Positions 20,563 to 30,563 of a stretch of 64,000 bases of DNA are shown in pieces (the stretch's first letter is position 1; every line of letters begins with the position of its first letter). The stretch spans positions 20,823 to 84,822 of the forward strand of contig JBNKTL010000022.1 in the NCBI GenBank assembly GCA_050298055.1, in the 5' to 3' direction. The notes below the pieces were generated by a model, which was not told the DNA's origin, searched no databases, and saw only the letters and a list, made by a program, of their open reading frames with translations. This DNA is from Spirochaetota bacterium (lineage in GTDB: Bacteria; Spirochaetota; UBA4802; UBA5550). Made by a program: the position numbers and the translations under genes.

Positions 20563-20745
20563 TATTAATTCCAAAACATAATTACCTATAGTAAAACTGA
20601 AAGCAAAAAAAATATAAGATTTGAAACCGCAGATAAACGCAAATTTTTCTTAAATATCTTTTTCTGTTAATTATCTGCGTCCATCTGCGGCTAAACTTCT
20701 TAATCAGTTTATAAAGTTGCAGATCATTTGTTTAGGGAATTAATA
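20563..20745. repeat. Nested inverted-repeat element (second family)
   Basis: Outer IR TATTAATTCCAAAACA / TGTTTAGGGAATTAATA. Inner IR CCGCAGATAAACGCAAAT (20627-20644) / ATCTGCGTCCATCTGCGG (20673-20690). Confidence 0.65.
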
Positions 20746-20800
20746 CCGAAAGCAAAATATATTTGCAAATTTTCAAATCTATTATATTTTGACATAAAAG

Positions 20801-20921
20801 GTTAATACCCGGTAATGGATAAAAAAGATAACTGATGTGTCCCCGCCGCCTTGGGCGGCAGAGACACATTTCCGGCATTTCATTAAATATGTAAATTACA
20901 GACATACAGCCGGGTAGTTAC
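20801..20921 (-). mobile_element. MITE-like element, copy 3
   Basis: Ends GTTAATACCCGG / GCCGGGTAGTTAC, core GATAACTGATGTGTCCCCGCCGCCTTGGGCGGCAGAGACACAT. Confidence 0.75.
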
Positions 20922-20969
20922 TTTACTTTATAGAATAATTTTCAGATTTAAGGAAAGAAAAAATATATT

Positions 20970-22424
20970 ATGATGACTGACAGTATAATCAATAATGATT
21001 CGGGAGAAGATTTTGAGAGTCTCCTGGAGGATTCCCTTTCAGGAGCAGACAGTTTCAGTACAGGGGACAAAGTGACCGGCAAGGTCGTGTTTATAGACAG
21101 GGAAAATGTCTTTGTTGATATAACAGGAAAGAGCGATGCGATTATCGACATTTCCGAATTCAGGGACAGCAATGATGACCTTACAGTTAAGGAGGGAGAT
21201 ACTGTCCAGGCATACGTGGTCTCCATAACCGGCGGGGAGATACTCCTTACACGAGAGATCGGAAGGGGAGATGTCAACTCTGATCTTCTTAAATTTGCCC
21301 ATGCTAACACAATCCCGGTACATGGCAGAATCTCCGGTGAGGTAAAGGGAGGATATACCGTAGCACTATCCGGCTTTAACGCATTCTGCCCCTCCTCCCA
21401 GGTTGATATTAAACCACCTGTTCGTCCCGGTGAACTCATTAATAGATCTTTTGCATTCAGGATAACCCAGCTTGAGAAGAATGGCAGAAATATCATACTC
21501 TCAAGAAGGGCCCTCCTTGAAGAATCCAGGGCGGAAAAGGCCGCCGAACTGAAAAACAGCCTGAAGGTGAATGACAGGATAAAGGGCATGGTTTCATCCA
21601 TACAGAATTTTGGAATTTTTGTGGATATCGGCGGAATTGATGCCCTGGTACCCCGGTCTGAGATATCCCGAAGCAGAAACGCTTCTCCGGACTTTTTCAA
21701 ACCGGGTGATGAGGTCACCGCCTCTGTACTCTCAATAGACTGGGAGAACAAAAGGATTTCACTGAGCATCAAACAGCTCATGCCCGACCCCTGGGAGACC
21801 ATAGAGAAATACCAGCCCGGAGAGAAGGTCAGCGGAACAGTGACAAATATTATTAAACAGGGCGCATTTGTTGAGCTGGAACCGGGACTTGAAGGGTTCA
21901 TTCACATTTCCCGGATGAGCAGGACAAAGAGGATAAAGGATCCCGAAAATGTTCTCTCCATAAACGATAAAGTCAATGTAAGGATCAATGAAATAAAGAC
22001 AGACGAAAAAAAACTGTCACTGGAACTCCTTACCGGTGAAGCGGACCCATGGGAAACAGCAGGTGACGAAATTATTGGAAACATTGAAAGCTGTACAATA
22101 GAAGCATCGGGGCCAAAAGGACTTCACGTGAGACTTGGTAACGGTATGGCAGGTTTCATCCCGAAAGAAAAGCTCAGGGAAGCAAAAAAAGGGGATATAC
22201 AGAAAATCTACAGCGTGGGATCGGCAATTAAAGCTGCTGTAACAGAATTTAATGCCGAAAACCGGAAATTAATTCTCAGTGAAACTGAAGCTGAAAAAGT
22301 TGAAATAAACAGAGAATTCAGCAATTACAGGGAAAAAAGCGGCTCAGAGGAGGGATCAACCCTCGGCGCGCAGTTCAGCGACCAGTTCTCAATTCTCAGG
22401 GAGAAGTTAAAAAAAACAGACTGA
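20970..22424 (+). CDS. rpsA: Ribosomal protein S1-like multi-S1-domain protein
   Basis: About five S1 repeats (FGIFVDIGGIDALVP.SEIS, GAFVELEPGLEGFIHIS.MS) and an N-terminal DFESLLE. May be a short paralog. Confidence 0.75.
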   Translation: MMTDSIINNDSGEDFESLLEDSLSGADSFSTGDKVTGKVVFIDRENVFVDITGKSDAIIDISEFRDSNDDLTVKEGDTVQAYVVSITGGEILLTREIGRGDVNSDLLKFAHANTIPVHGRISGEVKGGYTVALSGFNAFCPSSQVDIKPPVRPGELINRSFAFRITQLEKNGRNIILSRRALLEESRAEKAAELKNSLKVNDRIKGMVSSIQNFGIFVDIGGIDALVPRSEISRSRNASPDFFKPGDEVTASVLSIDWENKRISLSIKQLMPDPWETIEKYQPGEKVSGTVTNIIKQGAFVELEPGLEGFIHISRMSRTKRIKDPENVLSINDKVNVRINEIKTDEKKLSLELLTGEADPWETAGDEIIGNIESCTIEASGPKGLHVRLGNGMAGFIPKEKLREAKKGDIQKIYSVGSAIKAAVTEFNAENRKLILSETEAEKVEINREFSNYREKSGSEEGSTLGAQFSDQFSILREKLKKTD

Positions 22425-22786
22425 TGATCAAACTGAAAAGCGGCAAACATGTTGAATATAATGAGAATTTTGATATTTTTTTCATGAATCTTCTTGAAAA
22501 CATTATTGCCGAAGCCAAAGAGAACCTGGATTCAGAAGAGAACTTTGAGCAGACAGGAGATTCAAAAAACGAGAGACTTGTCAGGGAGATAATGGACAAC
22601 TGCATCTATGTTACCCACCAGCTTTTTGAAATTTCCCGGGAAGATGAAAACCTCTCCAAGTTCATAGTAACCGGCTTTTTATTTAATAGCATCATGCTGA
22701 CCCTCACACATTCAAACCTCACGGGAAATATAATGGACGACCTTGAGGAAGAAGATTCCGGAAGTGATGACGGGACCGTACACTGA
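22424..22786 (+). CDS. Hypothetical acidic protein
   Basis: Start overlaps the S1 gene stop (TGATG). Confidence 0.7.
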   Translation: MIKLKSGKHVEYNENFDIFFMNLLENIIAEAKENLDSEENFEQTGDSKNERLVREIMDNCIYVTHQLFEISREDENLSKFIVTGFLFNSIMLTLTHSNLTGNIMDDLEEEDSGSDDGTVH

Positions 22787-22839
22787 CCTCTCCCCTGATG
22801 ATACTAAAACGACCCGGAAATTATTCCTGTTATTAATTT

Positions 22840-24408
22840 TCAAGTCTTGAATTCATAGGCGTCAATCAGCCGGTAGAGTTTCTGCGTCATTGCGGTTGCC
22901 TCCTCGGTGCTTGCCGCAATTTCCTCCGCAGCAGATGAATTAGTCTGGGCCATCTGTCCGATCTCCTGTATTGCCTCAGAAATACTCCCTGTTGTTTCTA
23001 AATTAACACTGAGCAGAGACTGCATCTTTTCCGATATCTCCTTCACGTTACCCGATTCCCTGAGAACCTCCTCGTTATAGTTCATCTGGTCTTTCATGTA
23101 GAGAGAAATTCTATTGATAAGATTACCAACAGCTGATGTGTCCCTTATAATCGAGCCGAATATATCTCTCATATATGTCAGCCGTCCCATACCATCCTCA
23201 ATCTGGTTGCTGTTTGTCCGGATAAGCTGGTCAATATCCTTTATACTCTGGGCGGTCCTGTCAGCAAGCTTCGATATTTCATCGGCAACCACGGCAAATC
23301 CTCTGCCTGATTCTCCCGCCCTTGCGGACTCTATGGCTGCATTCAGTGAGAGGAGGTTTATCTGGTCCGATATGTCGTTTATCAGTCCCATTATCTTGAC
23401 CATCTCCCCCGAACTGTTCTCAATGGCCGTCATGATCTCACTGGTTGATTCCAGGGCTTTTTCTCCATCCCCGATCCGCTCCGCTATTGAACCGGTAATG
23501 TTTATAGCTTCCTCTGTCTCCCTGTTAAGGGCATTGATGGACCCCGAAAGGTCGCTTACCCTTTCGGAGAGGGACCTGAACGTTGATGCCTGGGTTCCGG
23601 CATTTTCCGCGAGGATATTGATACTGGAAACATTATTACGGCTGGTTTTAAGGATTTCATCTTCCATTGATGTCTGCACACTTATGTTGTCGGAGAGGGA
23701 TGTTGTTGTTACGGACACCTCTTCCATACCTGTGGCAAGCTGGGAAGCAATGTCCCTGACATTATCAAGAAGTTCCGTTGTGGACTCAAGGTTTTTACCG
23801 GCAGTCTGCTTGCCATGCTCAATGGTTTCAATGTTTCTCCTGGTGAAGTGGGCCATGAGATACATAAAATAGGTATTTCCGGCCATAAAGAGCACTTTAG
23901 CAAGCTCCGTGGCAAACCGCAATGCCCCCGGTGTAAAGATAAGCTTTGGATCTTTAACAAAGGTAAGTCCCCCGAGTTTAACCCCCAGGGCAACAAGAGC
24001 AATATAACATGATATTGTCAGGGAACCAACAGTGAGATTGAGCCGTTTGTTAAAACGAAGGCCATGTATTATAATATAGAGAAACAAGACAGTAAATGTT
24101 GCCGGCTCCTTCACAGTCAGTCCCCAGCTGTTATGCGGATCAAAGTGAAACCCGAATTTAACAAAGCTCACGTTCAGGACTTCAAGTATCGCGGAGCTAT
24201 AGATCAGGTACACATTGATCTTTTTCATCCTGATAAAAATCTCATTCACGATAGCTATAGAATACACAACTCCGCTGCCGATAAATATTGAGATGTAGAC
24301 CGATTCCGCAGAACCGGACCGTAAAGCGGAAATTGCCGAAACGAGGAAAAAGGTGGCAAAAATATATCTGATACGGTTTATGATCTTTTCTGAGACAAGT
24401 GCGTTCAT
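22840..24408 (-). CDS. Methyl-accepting chemotaxis protein with a multi-TM N-terminal domain
   Basis: 5-6 TM helices, then [37 protein letters not shown]. Confidence 0.92.
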   Translation of the reverse strand: MNALVSEKIINRIRYIFATFFLVSAISALRSGSAESVYISIFIGSGVVYSIAIVNEIFIRMKKINVYLIYSSAILEVLNVSFVKFGFHFDPHNSWGLTVKEPATFTVLFLYIIIHGLRFNKRLNLTVGSLTISCYIALVALGVKLGGLTFVKDPKLIFTPGALRFATELAKVLFMAGNTYFMYLMAHFTRRNIETIEHGKQTAGKNLESTTELLDNVRDIASQLATGMEEVSVTTTSLSDNISVQTSMEDEILKTSRNNVSSINILAENAGTQASTFRSLSERVSDLSGSINALNRETEEAINITGSIAERIGDGEKALESTSEIMTAIENSSGEMVKIMGLINDISDQINLLSLNAAIESARAGESGRGFAVVADEISKLADRTAQSIKDIDQLIRTNSNQIEDGMGRLTYMRDIFGSIIRDTSAVGNLINRISLYMKDQMNYNEEVLRESGNVKEISEKMQSLLSVNLETTGSISEAIQEIGQMAQTNSSAAEEIAASTEEATAMTQKLYRLIDAYEFKT

Positions 24409-24513
24409 TCCTGGATTCCCCTGTAAAAATATCGTTGTACTTTATTACACCAGCCGGTTATGGGCAAGTAAAAAACGGGGAAAGACCTATTTGATTTAAT
24501 TATCTTATTGCCG

Positions 24514-25461
24514 CTAAAACAAATCCAGGAACTCCCTGAACCTGCTGCTTTTCAGAAGACTTTCAAGTTTTCCGGAAATCTCATCAACATCAGCACCTTT
24601 TCTCAGAGTAACCGCCAGCCTGAGTGCACTTCCTTCAAAGTATTCGGGATACTCAATCTCAATTAATTCGCTCTGCAGATTTAATCTGAGTTTCTCCGCC
24701 TTTTCCTTTAAGCGGGAATATTCGGGGTATCGTAAACCATAGACCCTGTCATAGATGAACTTTTCATACTGCCTCTGGTCATTTATCTCATGTGGAGCGG
24801 GTTCCCGGAGTCCGGCATAAGCCCCCCCTTCCCTCTGAAGGTCTAAAAGCATCTCAACAAGGTCCCGGAATATATTGACCCTTATGTTATAAGCGCTTAC
24901 CCACTCCGCGAGGAGTCCCGCTGATTCCCCCGAGAGTCTGAGAAGAGACCTGATGATCTTGAAGCTGATATCCCTTTTCTCGATATACTCTTTCAACCGG
25001 GGAGGTATCTTTTCAATTTCCATGATCAATTCATTGTCCCTCAGGAAGTCATCGGGAAGCTGATATCCCTCCCTTCCGATCTCAGAGGCCTTTGATTCAT
25101 CTACACCGAAATAGTCTTTCAGAATAGCAAGGGCCCTGAGCTTTCCCAGAGGCCCGAGCTCACCCCTGGCAGCCATCAGTATAGTTTCCTTTATATAAAC
25201 TTCGGAATCACTTTCATCGATTACCATTGACCTGATATTTTTTTCCTCAGGGGATGCCGCTGCTTCAATACTGTCGTGTCCGGTAAGGAGGATGAACCCT
25301 TTCCTTCCTTTTATCATGAGGGGGATAGCCAGATGGCCGAACCTCTCCAGGACCCTGGAGATTTTCTCTTCCATGAAAGGCCTTGATATCCTGAATGATG
25401 TGTCAGAGAGGTCAATATCGCCGATTTTTACCCGGATAATTTTATATTCTCTGGAACTCAT
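24514..25461 (-). CDS. ParB/Srx-like N-terminal domain protein (degenerate)
   Basis: VKIGDID...L.RFG.L..P.....GFILLTGHDS.EAA follows the ParB-N pattern but lacks the GxRR arginines. Start overlaps the upstream stop (ATGA). Confidence 0.55.
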   Translation of the reverse strand: MSSREYKIIRVKIGDIDLSDTSFRISRPFMEEKISRVLERFGHLAIPLMIKGRKGFILLTGHDSIEAAASPEEKNIRSMVIDESDSEVYIKETILMAARGELGPLGKLRALAILKDYFGVDESKASEIGREGYQLPDDFLRDNELIMEIEKIPPRLKEYIEKRDISFKIIRSLLRLSGESAGLLAEWVSAYNIRVNIFRDLVEMLLDLQREGGAYAGLREPAPHEINDQRQYEKFIYDRVYGLRYPEYSRLKEKAEKLRLNLQSELIEIEYPEYFEGSALRLAVTLRKGADVDEISGKLESLLKSSRFREFLDLF

Positions 25462-27038
25462 ATGATACCCGCGAGTAAACCGCTCAACCGCTCCGGAGTA
25501 ATAACTGTTACCTTGGAAAGCCTTTTAAGGGACGTTTCCGCGGGCCCGTTAAGGCCGGTGGTAGTAATAAAAAGGCCTTCTGCCGCCTTAAGATCGTTTA
25601 TTGCCTGAGCGAAGTTACGAAGGGGTATTTCTCCGACCATGGTCCCTTTCCACCTTCTTACCCAGATGAGACACTTTGAGTTAGCGGTAACGGAATGGGA
25701 CATGAAATCAACACCATCCGATTCCTTGTATGTATTGAGAATTTCATCCACACTGTATCCAAGCTTGAGCGCCACCCTGTTTGCGGCTATCCTGAAATTT
25801 TCCAGGTCCATGCTCATAAATCTTTCAAGTGATCCTTCAGGAGCAGCACTTTTCCCGGTAACTTCACTCCCCGCGGATACCGCACCTTTATCCGCACTCA
25901 CCCGGGTCGTAACCCTGACATTCCTCAGGTCGATTTCATCATCACTTTTTAACCCGCATATTCTCCAGATGAAATTTTCAGGAAAAGATTCCTTCACCCA
26001 GGGTTCCACATAATCCTCCGGTGTTTCCCTGTCGGGGTCCAGTTTTTTTGTGGTTGATGTATCCATCTCCTTTCTGAGCATGGTAATGAGTTTCTTGACA
26101 TCCCTGTATCCCCTGTCATGCTGATAGGCCTGGTTCCAGTATTCGTAAGCCTGCTCTGTTTTCTCTGCCTTCAATGCCGCAAAACCGAGATCATAGTAGA
26201 GTGTTGCCTGTTCATCGATCATCCGGTTCTTGCCTGCAAAATCCATGAGATCCTGGAAAGTATAGAGTGCTTCGGAATAGAGTCCCCATTGCACCTGAAT
26301 GATGCCCAAAAGCCTTCGAGCGATAAATTCCGCATTCACATCTTCAGAGTTACTGATGACCAGTTTGAGATAGTTCACGGCTGTCTTGAAGTCCCTCTTT
26401 CTCTGAAGGGTAAAAGCCAGGGCAAGGTTCCCGATATCTGAATGAGGATCAAGCACAATGGCTTCCTTGAAATATTCGGCCGCATCATTGTTTTTCTGTT
26501 CCTGGTAGCTTGCCATGCCTGCGCCAAAGTAGATTTCAAAACTCTTTTTGGAGACTTTCACAAGCCTGTCAAAGTGTTTCCTGGCCAAATCGAAGAGTTC
26601 ATGCCCCAGTGATATAAAAGAAACATGAAACAACGCTTCCCTGTCATTAGGATACAGTCCCACTATGTCCAGGTAATACTGAAATGCCTTCTCTATCTCA
26701 TCCCTTAAGAGATATGATTCGGCAAGCTTCCTCATGACTTTTACTTTTTCGACCTCAACGGTGAACTTGTTTATCCGCATCACTTCTTCATAATGAATGA
26801 CACCCTGGTCAATTTCATCATTATTGAAATACAATGTACCGAGCTTATAGTGAACCAGGAAATTGCCGGGATCTGTATCCAGTATTTTCCTGTATTCAAC
26901 AATAGCTTCGTCGGTCATATTCTGGCTCAGAAAGCTTTCTGCTTTATTCAGAGGATTTATCCTGGGAGAGAGATAATAGATGTAATAGACAATTGCTCCG
27001 AGTATGATTATTATAGGTATGAGGTAATATATAGACAT
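25458..27038 (-). CDS. Membrane-anchored TPR protein with a C-terminal Mrr-like (type IV REase fold) domain
   Basis: N-terminal TM helix and TPR repeats. C-terminal M....F......LGY.V...DGVDF...VG...LRNF...GLFITT...A. Confidence 0.75.
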   Translation of the reverse strand: MSIYYLIPIIIILGAIVYYIYYLSPRINPLNKAESFLSQNMTDEAIVEYRKILDTDPGNFLVHYKLGTLYFNNDEIDQGVIHYEEVMRINKFTVEVEKVKVMRKLAESYLLRDEIEKAFQYYLDIVGLYPNDREALFHVSFISLGHELFDLARKHFDRLVKVSKKSFEIYFGAGMASYQEQKNNDAAEYFKEAIVLDPHSDIGNLALAFTLQRKRDFKTAVNYLKLVISNSEDVNAEFIARRLLGIIQVQWGLYSEALYTFQDLMDFAGKNRMIDEQATLYYDLGFAALKAEKTEQAYEYWNQAYQHDRGYRDVKKLITMLRKEMDTSTTKKLDPDRETPEDYVEPWVKESFPENFIWRICGLKSDDEIDLRNVRVTTRVSADKGAVSAGSEVTGKSAAPEGSLERFMSMDLENFRIAANRVALKLGYSVDEILNTYKESDGVDFMSHSVTANSKCLIWVRRWKGTMVGEIPLRNFAQAINDLKAAEGLFITTTGLNGPAETSLKRLSKVTVITPERLSGLLAGII

Positions 27039-27184
27039 CTTACAGATTTAAACCATCAATTGATGTATCTAAGATACATAATTTGCCGGACAAGAAGAAA
27101 AAAAACTGTATTAACCCCGATTTTTCTCCTGTTCCATTACTTAATAGATCGACATTTTTCAGAAAAGATAATAATAATATAAAG

Positions 27185-27319
27185 GGGACCGCCCGGCTAT
27201 ATGGCATAAAAAATGCATTTGCCAAAATATCAATGATATGCCCCCGCCGCCTTGGGCGGCGGGGCATATCAGTTATGTTTTTCAGTAAATATTATTCTTT
27301 AACATAGCAGAATAGCTAC
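27185..27319 (+). mobile_element. MITE-like element, copy 4
   Basis: Ends GGGACCGCCCGGCTA / TAGCAGAATAGCTAC, core ATATGCCCCCGCCGCCTTGGGCGGCGGGGCATATCAGTTAT. Confidence 0.75.
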
Positions 27320-27327
27320 GAAAATTT

Positions 27328-29532
27328 TTACCTTTTTTTCCTGATAAAGCGCACAAGGGAAGGCCAGCCATTTATGATAAAGGAGTTGTTATACGATTTT
27401 TTTAAGATAAAGTCTTCGCCATCAACAAGTTTTACCGGAACAGGGAGTGTTATCATTATATCCGGAGGAATATACTTCGGAAGATCATCAAAAGCAAACT
27501 GGATCTCGTTGGATGTGGATTTTACCCTGAAATTGATGTTCCCAAATCTCGAGGGAGCATTATTTATGACAATCTCCCTGCCGGATTTAAACCACTCCTC
27601 ATTGGGAACAGGGAAAATATCAAGACGATTAAGAGAATCAATAAACATCATGTTCCTGATAAGAGAAAACATCATTGAGGATGATGTCAGTGAAAAACCC
27701 TCACCGTAACAGCCGGTATATTTTCCCGGGTCCGCGAAATCGGGCATCATGTAACACTCCCCTCCGATTTTTTTCATGATATCCAGTATTTCAAAAACTC
27801 TTGCATCCTTCTGAATGAGCATATTATTTGCCAGTATCAGGCTGGCCCGGGTATCAATCCCGTAGGACCTGTTAACCAGTTTTGTTCCGTTAAAATGCTC
27901 AGTCACAGTTTCTATCATCTCTTCAGTTCTTTCACTGTTTAACATGTCCATGGGAAAGGGAAATCCCGCAGCCAGGTCATATGTGAAGTTATCACCCCAA
28001 AAAGTCTTTTCCCCGTAGTTTTCGATGTGAGAGGTAAATATCTTCTGGAACCTTTCATACTCTTTAACATATTTTTTCTCATCACTGAAAATCCCCAGAC
28101 AGCGTGCGAGATATGCAAAACTGCCCAATGTGTGTGAGATAAGGACCAGATCATAGAGTTCCGGATTCCTTATAATTGAATTTTTCAGGGAATTGGTCCT
28201 GAGGCTTTCAAGATTTTTTACCCTGCCGGTGAAACTGAGAAGTCTTTCACCCAGCTCCTTCAGTTTTTTATTATAGTTCAACTGCAGGTAATCCAGATCC
28301 CTGGTATGAAGGAAATAATCAACAAAACCGCTGATCACATAGCAGATATTTATCAATTCAATGAAGCTTATCTCTTTGCTTTGAATACTGAGACAGTCAA
28401 TAGCTTTATTCACCAGATGCATGGATTCATCAGAATATCCCATCCTGTTATATCCGTAGATCAGATAAAAAAGCTTTTCGGGATCAATAATCCCCCTGTT
28501 GTTGAAGAGAGAAGAATCACTGCTGTTTAAAAGGGCTATTTTTGATATGTTAAACCACTTCTCAGCCTGCTTATCATGTATTTTTATATCAATTCCCTGT
28601 GTTATCCGAATTCGGACAAATTCGGCAAAATCTTCCCTGATGCTCTTGAAATCGTAGTCACCCTGCTTAAGATTATCAGATTCATTGAGAGCGATACGGA
28701 TATTAAAACTGTTTCCTCCTTTTTTAAGGCTGAACAGCGCAGCAAGTGAAGCCATCTCCTCCCTGCACGAGGTACTGAAAGAGTCGGTTTTATCGGTAAT
28801 ATCAATATCTCCCTCATGGGCGTTTCCGGTGAGTACAAAAGAGGGGTCCCTGTTAAGGGCAATACGCCGTCTGCCGTTTATTGCAACGATCCTGTCATTT
28901 TTATTATATTCAATAGTTTTTATCCCACCCAGATTTTCATTATCATACGGTCTTATCGCTATGATTAACCCGGAGTTTTTGCTTTTATTGATCATTTCAC
29001 ATTTCAGATCAATAACTGCTTCATCAACGCTTGTCCTGGCACCATAAATAACAGCTTCAAAAATGAAATCAGGTGTGCTCCATTTAAGATTCATAAAGGA
29101 TGATCTGTGGTCCCGGGCAATTGCCAGGTTTCCATAGCTTCCGTCATACTTAAGGATCTTTCCTTCAATCTCCAGCCAGAACTCAAGTGACCACCTTCCA
29201 TAGCTTGTGGTGAGCATCCCGGTTGGATCAATCAAAAGCTCGTCCCTGGAGAGAAGGTTTGTAAAAGGAAACCACTGTTTAAAAGAACTGTTTAAAAGAA
29301 CAGGCGGTATAACCTGTTTATTATCATAGGGAAGTTTTTGCAGTCCGGTAACCCACCCGGGCCATATGAACCGGGGATTCTTCTGGTGGACATGATAGTT
29401 ACGAAGGCCTGTGAGAATAAGCTCTCTATAATCGGAAAGTTTGTTATTTTCAATATTACCTATACCAAGTTCTGTAAAATCGATGAGACAGGTATCACTA
29501 CTATTTTTCGCTTGATAAAATTTCAATGTCAA
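27328..29532 (-). CDS. Hypothetical protein with six-hairpin glycosidase-like architecture
   Basis: Beta-rich N-terminal part, helical middle and a C-terminal L.IFP....W......I.NAPSRFG.I typical of (alpha/alpha)6 glycosidase tails. Start codon uncertain. Confidence 0.5.
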   Translation of the reverse strand: MTLKFYQAKNSSDTCLIDFTELGIGNIENNKLSDYRELILTGLRNYHVHQKNPRFIWPGWVTGLQKLPYDNKQVIPPVLLNSSFKQWFPFTNLLSRDELLIDPTGMLTTSYGRWSLEFWLEIEGKILKYDGSYGNLAIARDHRSSFMNLKWSTPDFIFEAVIYGARTSVDEAVIDLKCEMINKSKNSGLIIAIRPYDNENLGGIKTIEYNKNDRIVAINGRRRIALNRDPSFVLTGNAHEGDIDITDKTDSFSTSCREEMASLAALFSLKKGGNSFNIRIALNESDNLKQGDYDFKSIREDFAEFVRIRITQGIDIKIHDKQAEKWFNISKIALLNSSDSSLFNNRGIIDPEKLFYLIYGYNRMGYSDESMHLVNKAIDCLSIQSKEISFIELINICYVISGFVDYFLHTRDLDYLQLNYNKKLKELGERLLSFTGRVKNLESLRTNSLKNSIIRNPELYDLVLISHTLGSFAYLARCLGIFSDEKKYVKEYERFQKIFTSHIENYGEKTFWGDNFTYDLAAGFPFPMDMLNSERTEEMIETVTEHFNGTKLVNRSYGIDTRASLILANNMLIQKDARVFEILDIMKKIGGECYMMPDFADPGKYTGCYGEGFSLTSSSMMFSLIRNMMFIDSLNRLDIFPVPNEEWFKSGREIVINNAPSRFGNINFRVKSTSNEIQFAFDDLPKYIPPDIMITLPVPVKLVDGEDFILKKSYNNSFIINGWPSLVRFIRKKR

Positions 29533-29571
29533 CCGGTTTTACTGCATTGATGGTATTGAAAACAGTTCACG

Positions 29572-29916
29572 TTATTGAGACTTAAATGATTCAAGAGCTT
29601 CTTCTTCTGTTTTGTATATGTCAAACATATCCATCAGCTCAACTACTTCAAATATTTTTTTTACTGAACTGTTCATGTTGCTGAGCTTGAGAAGCTTATG
29701 AGACTCTTTGAGTATCCTCATTGTTGATACAAAAATCCTCAGGCCGGAACTACTCATGTACTCAACATCTTTAAGGTTCAAAAGCATATGAAAATCGGAA
29801 TTATTCTTTAACAGGTCATTAATTCCATTTTCAATATCAGATGAATGATGAATATCCAACCTGCCCTCTAAATAGATTATGATAACATTGCCTTCTTTTC
29901 TTGTTTTAAGCTCCAT
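29572..29916 (-). CDS. STAS-domain anti-sigma-factor antagonist
   Basis: L.GRLD, LLNL.DVEYMSSSGLR (phosphorylatable Ser), Y.TEEEAL. Confidence 0.92.
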   Translation of the reverse strand: MELKTRKEGNVIIIYLEGRLDIHHSSDIENGINDLLKNNSDFHMLLNLKDVEYMSSSGLRIFVSTMRILKESHKLLKLSNMNSSVKKIFEVVELMDMFDIYKTEEEALESFKSQ

Positions 29917-30011
29917 ATGAACTCCAATCCTAAATATTCTCGAATTACATTATTAAATAAAACATGCAAATAAATCAATAACAATTTGTAACTGCTCAGC
30001 TATTTATCCCC

Positions 30012-30527
30012 TTATTCTTTTCCATCATGGGCCTGCTTTTTGGTAATAACAAGGCCTATTGCCGTCAGGAGAAAAATAAGGGTAAATACTATGCCAAGAA
30101 AAACGACAGCTCCATGAATTCCCCTTGTTGCTGCCTCGTTTGAAATAATTTTCCCCGTTTCCTCAACAACCTGCCTGTGAATTATTATCCGGAAAACCCC
30201 GTTATACATATATAACACACCTGCAAGGAGCGGAAATGCCAGTCCGTTGTAATAAATAAGCCCCCTGTATTTCAACGGATCGAAAAGGGGCATGACCATG
30301 GCAAGGCCGGATGTAAAGACAAGGGCTGAAAATCCCCTGGATATATAATAAAGCGGTGCCACAAGCTCATTGTCCCTGACCAGGTCAAGCCAGTTCTCAG
30401 AAACATTTTCCGCAAACAATTCCAGCACAACAAGAGGTTTTACATACATAACCAGGCCAATTATTATATAAATAACTCCTGTAATAAGCACCACAGCCTG
30501 CAAATAATTTGTGGATTTCGATCTCAT
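30012..30527 (-). CDS. Hypothetical 4-TM membrane protein
   Basis: AGGAG RBS and four hydrophobic segments. Confidence 0.75.
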   Translation of the reverse strand: MRSKSTNYLQAVVLITGVIYIIIGLVMYVKPLVVLELFAENVSENWLDLVRDNELVAPLYYISRGFSALVFTSGLAMVMPLFDPLKYRGLIYYNGLAFPLLAGVLYMYNGVFRIIIHRQVVEETGKIISNEAATRGIHGAVVFLGIVFTLIFLLTAIGLVITKKQAHDGKE

Positions 30528-30563
30528 CAAAAACTCTCCTGAATAATATATGATTCTGCTCTC

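Noticed and set aside
20948..23872. Long antisense ORFs (20948..21901, 23114..23872 and similar ones elsewhere)
   Set aside because: They are shadows of well-supported genes on the opposite strand.
27040..27307. ORFs 27040..27267 (-) and 27083..27307 (+)
   Set aside because: They are read through MITE copy 4 and AT-rich spacer, with no RBS or protein-like features.
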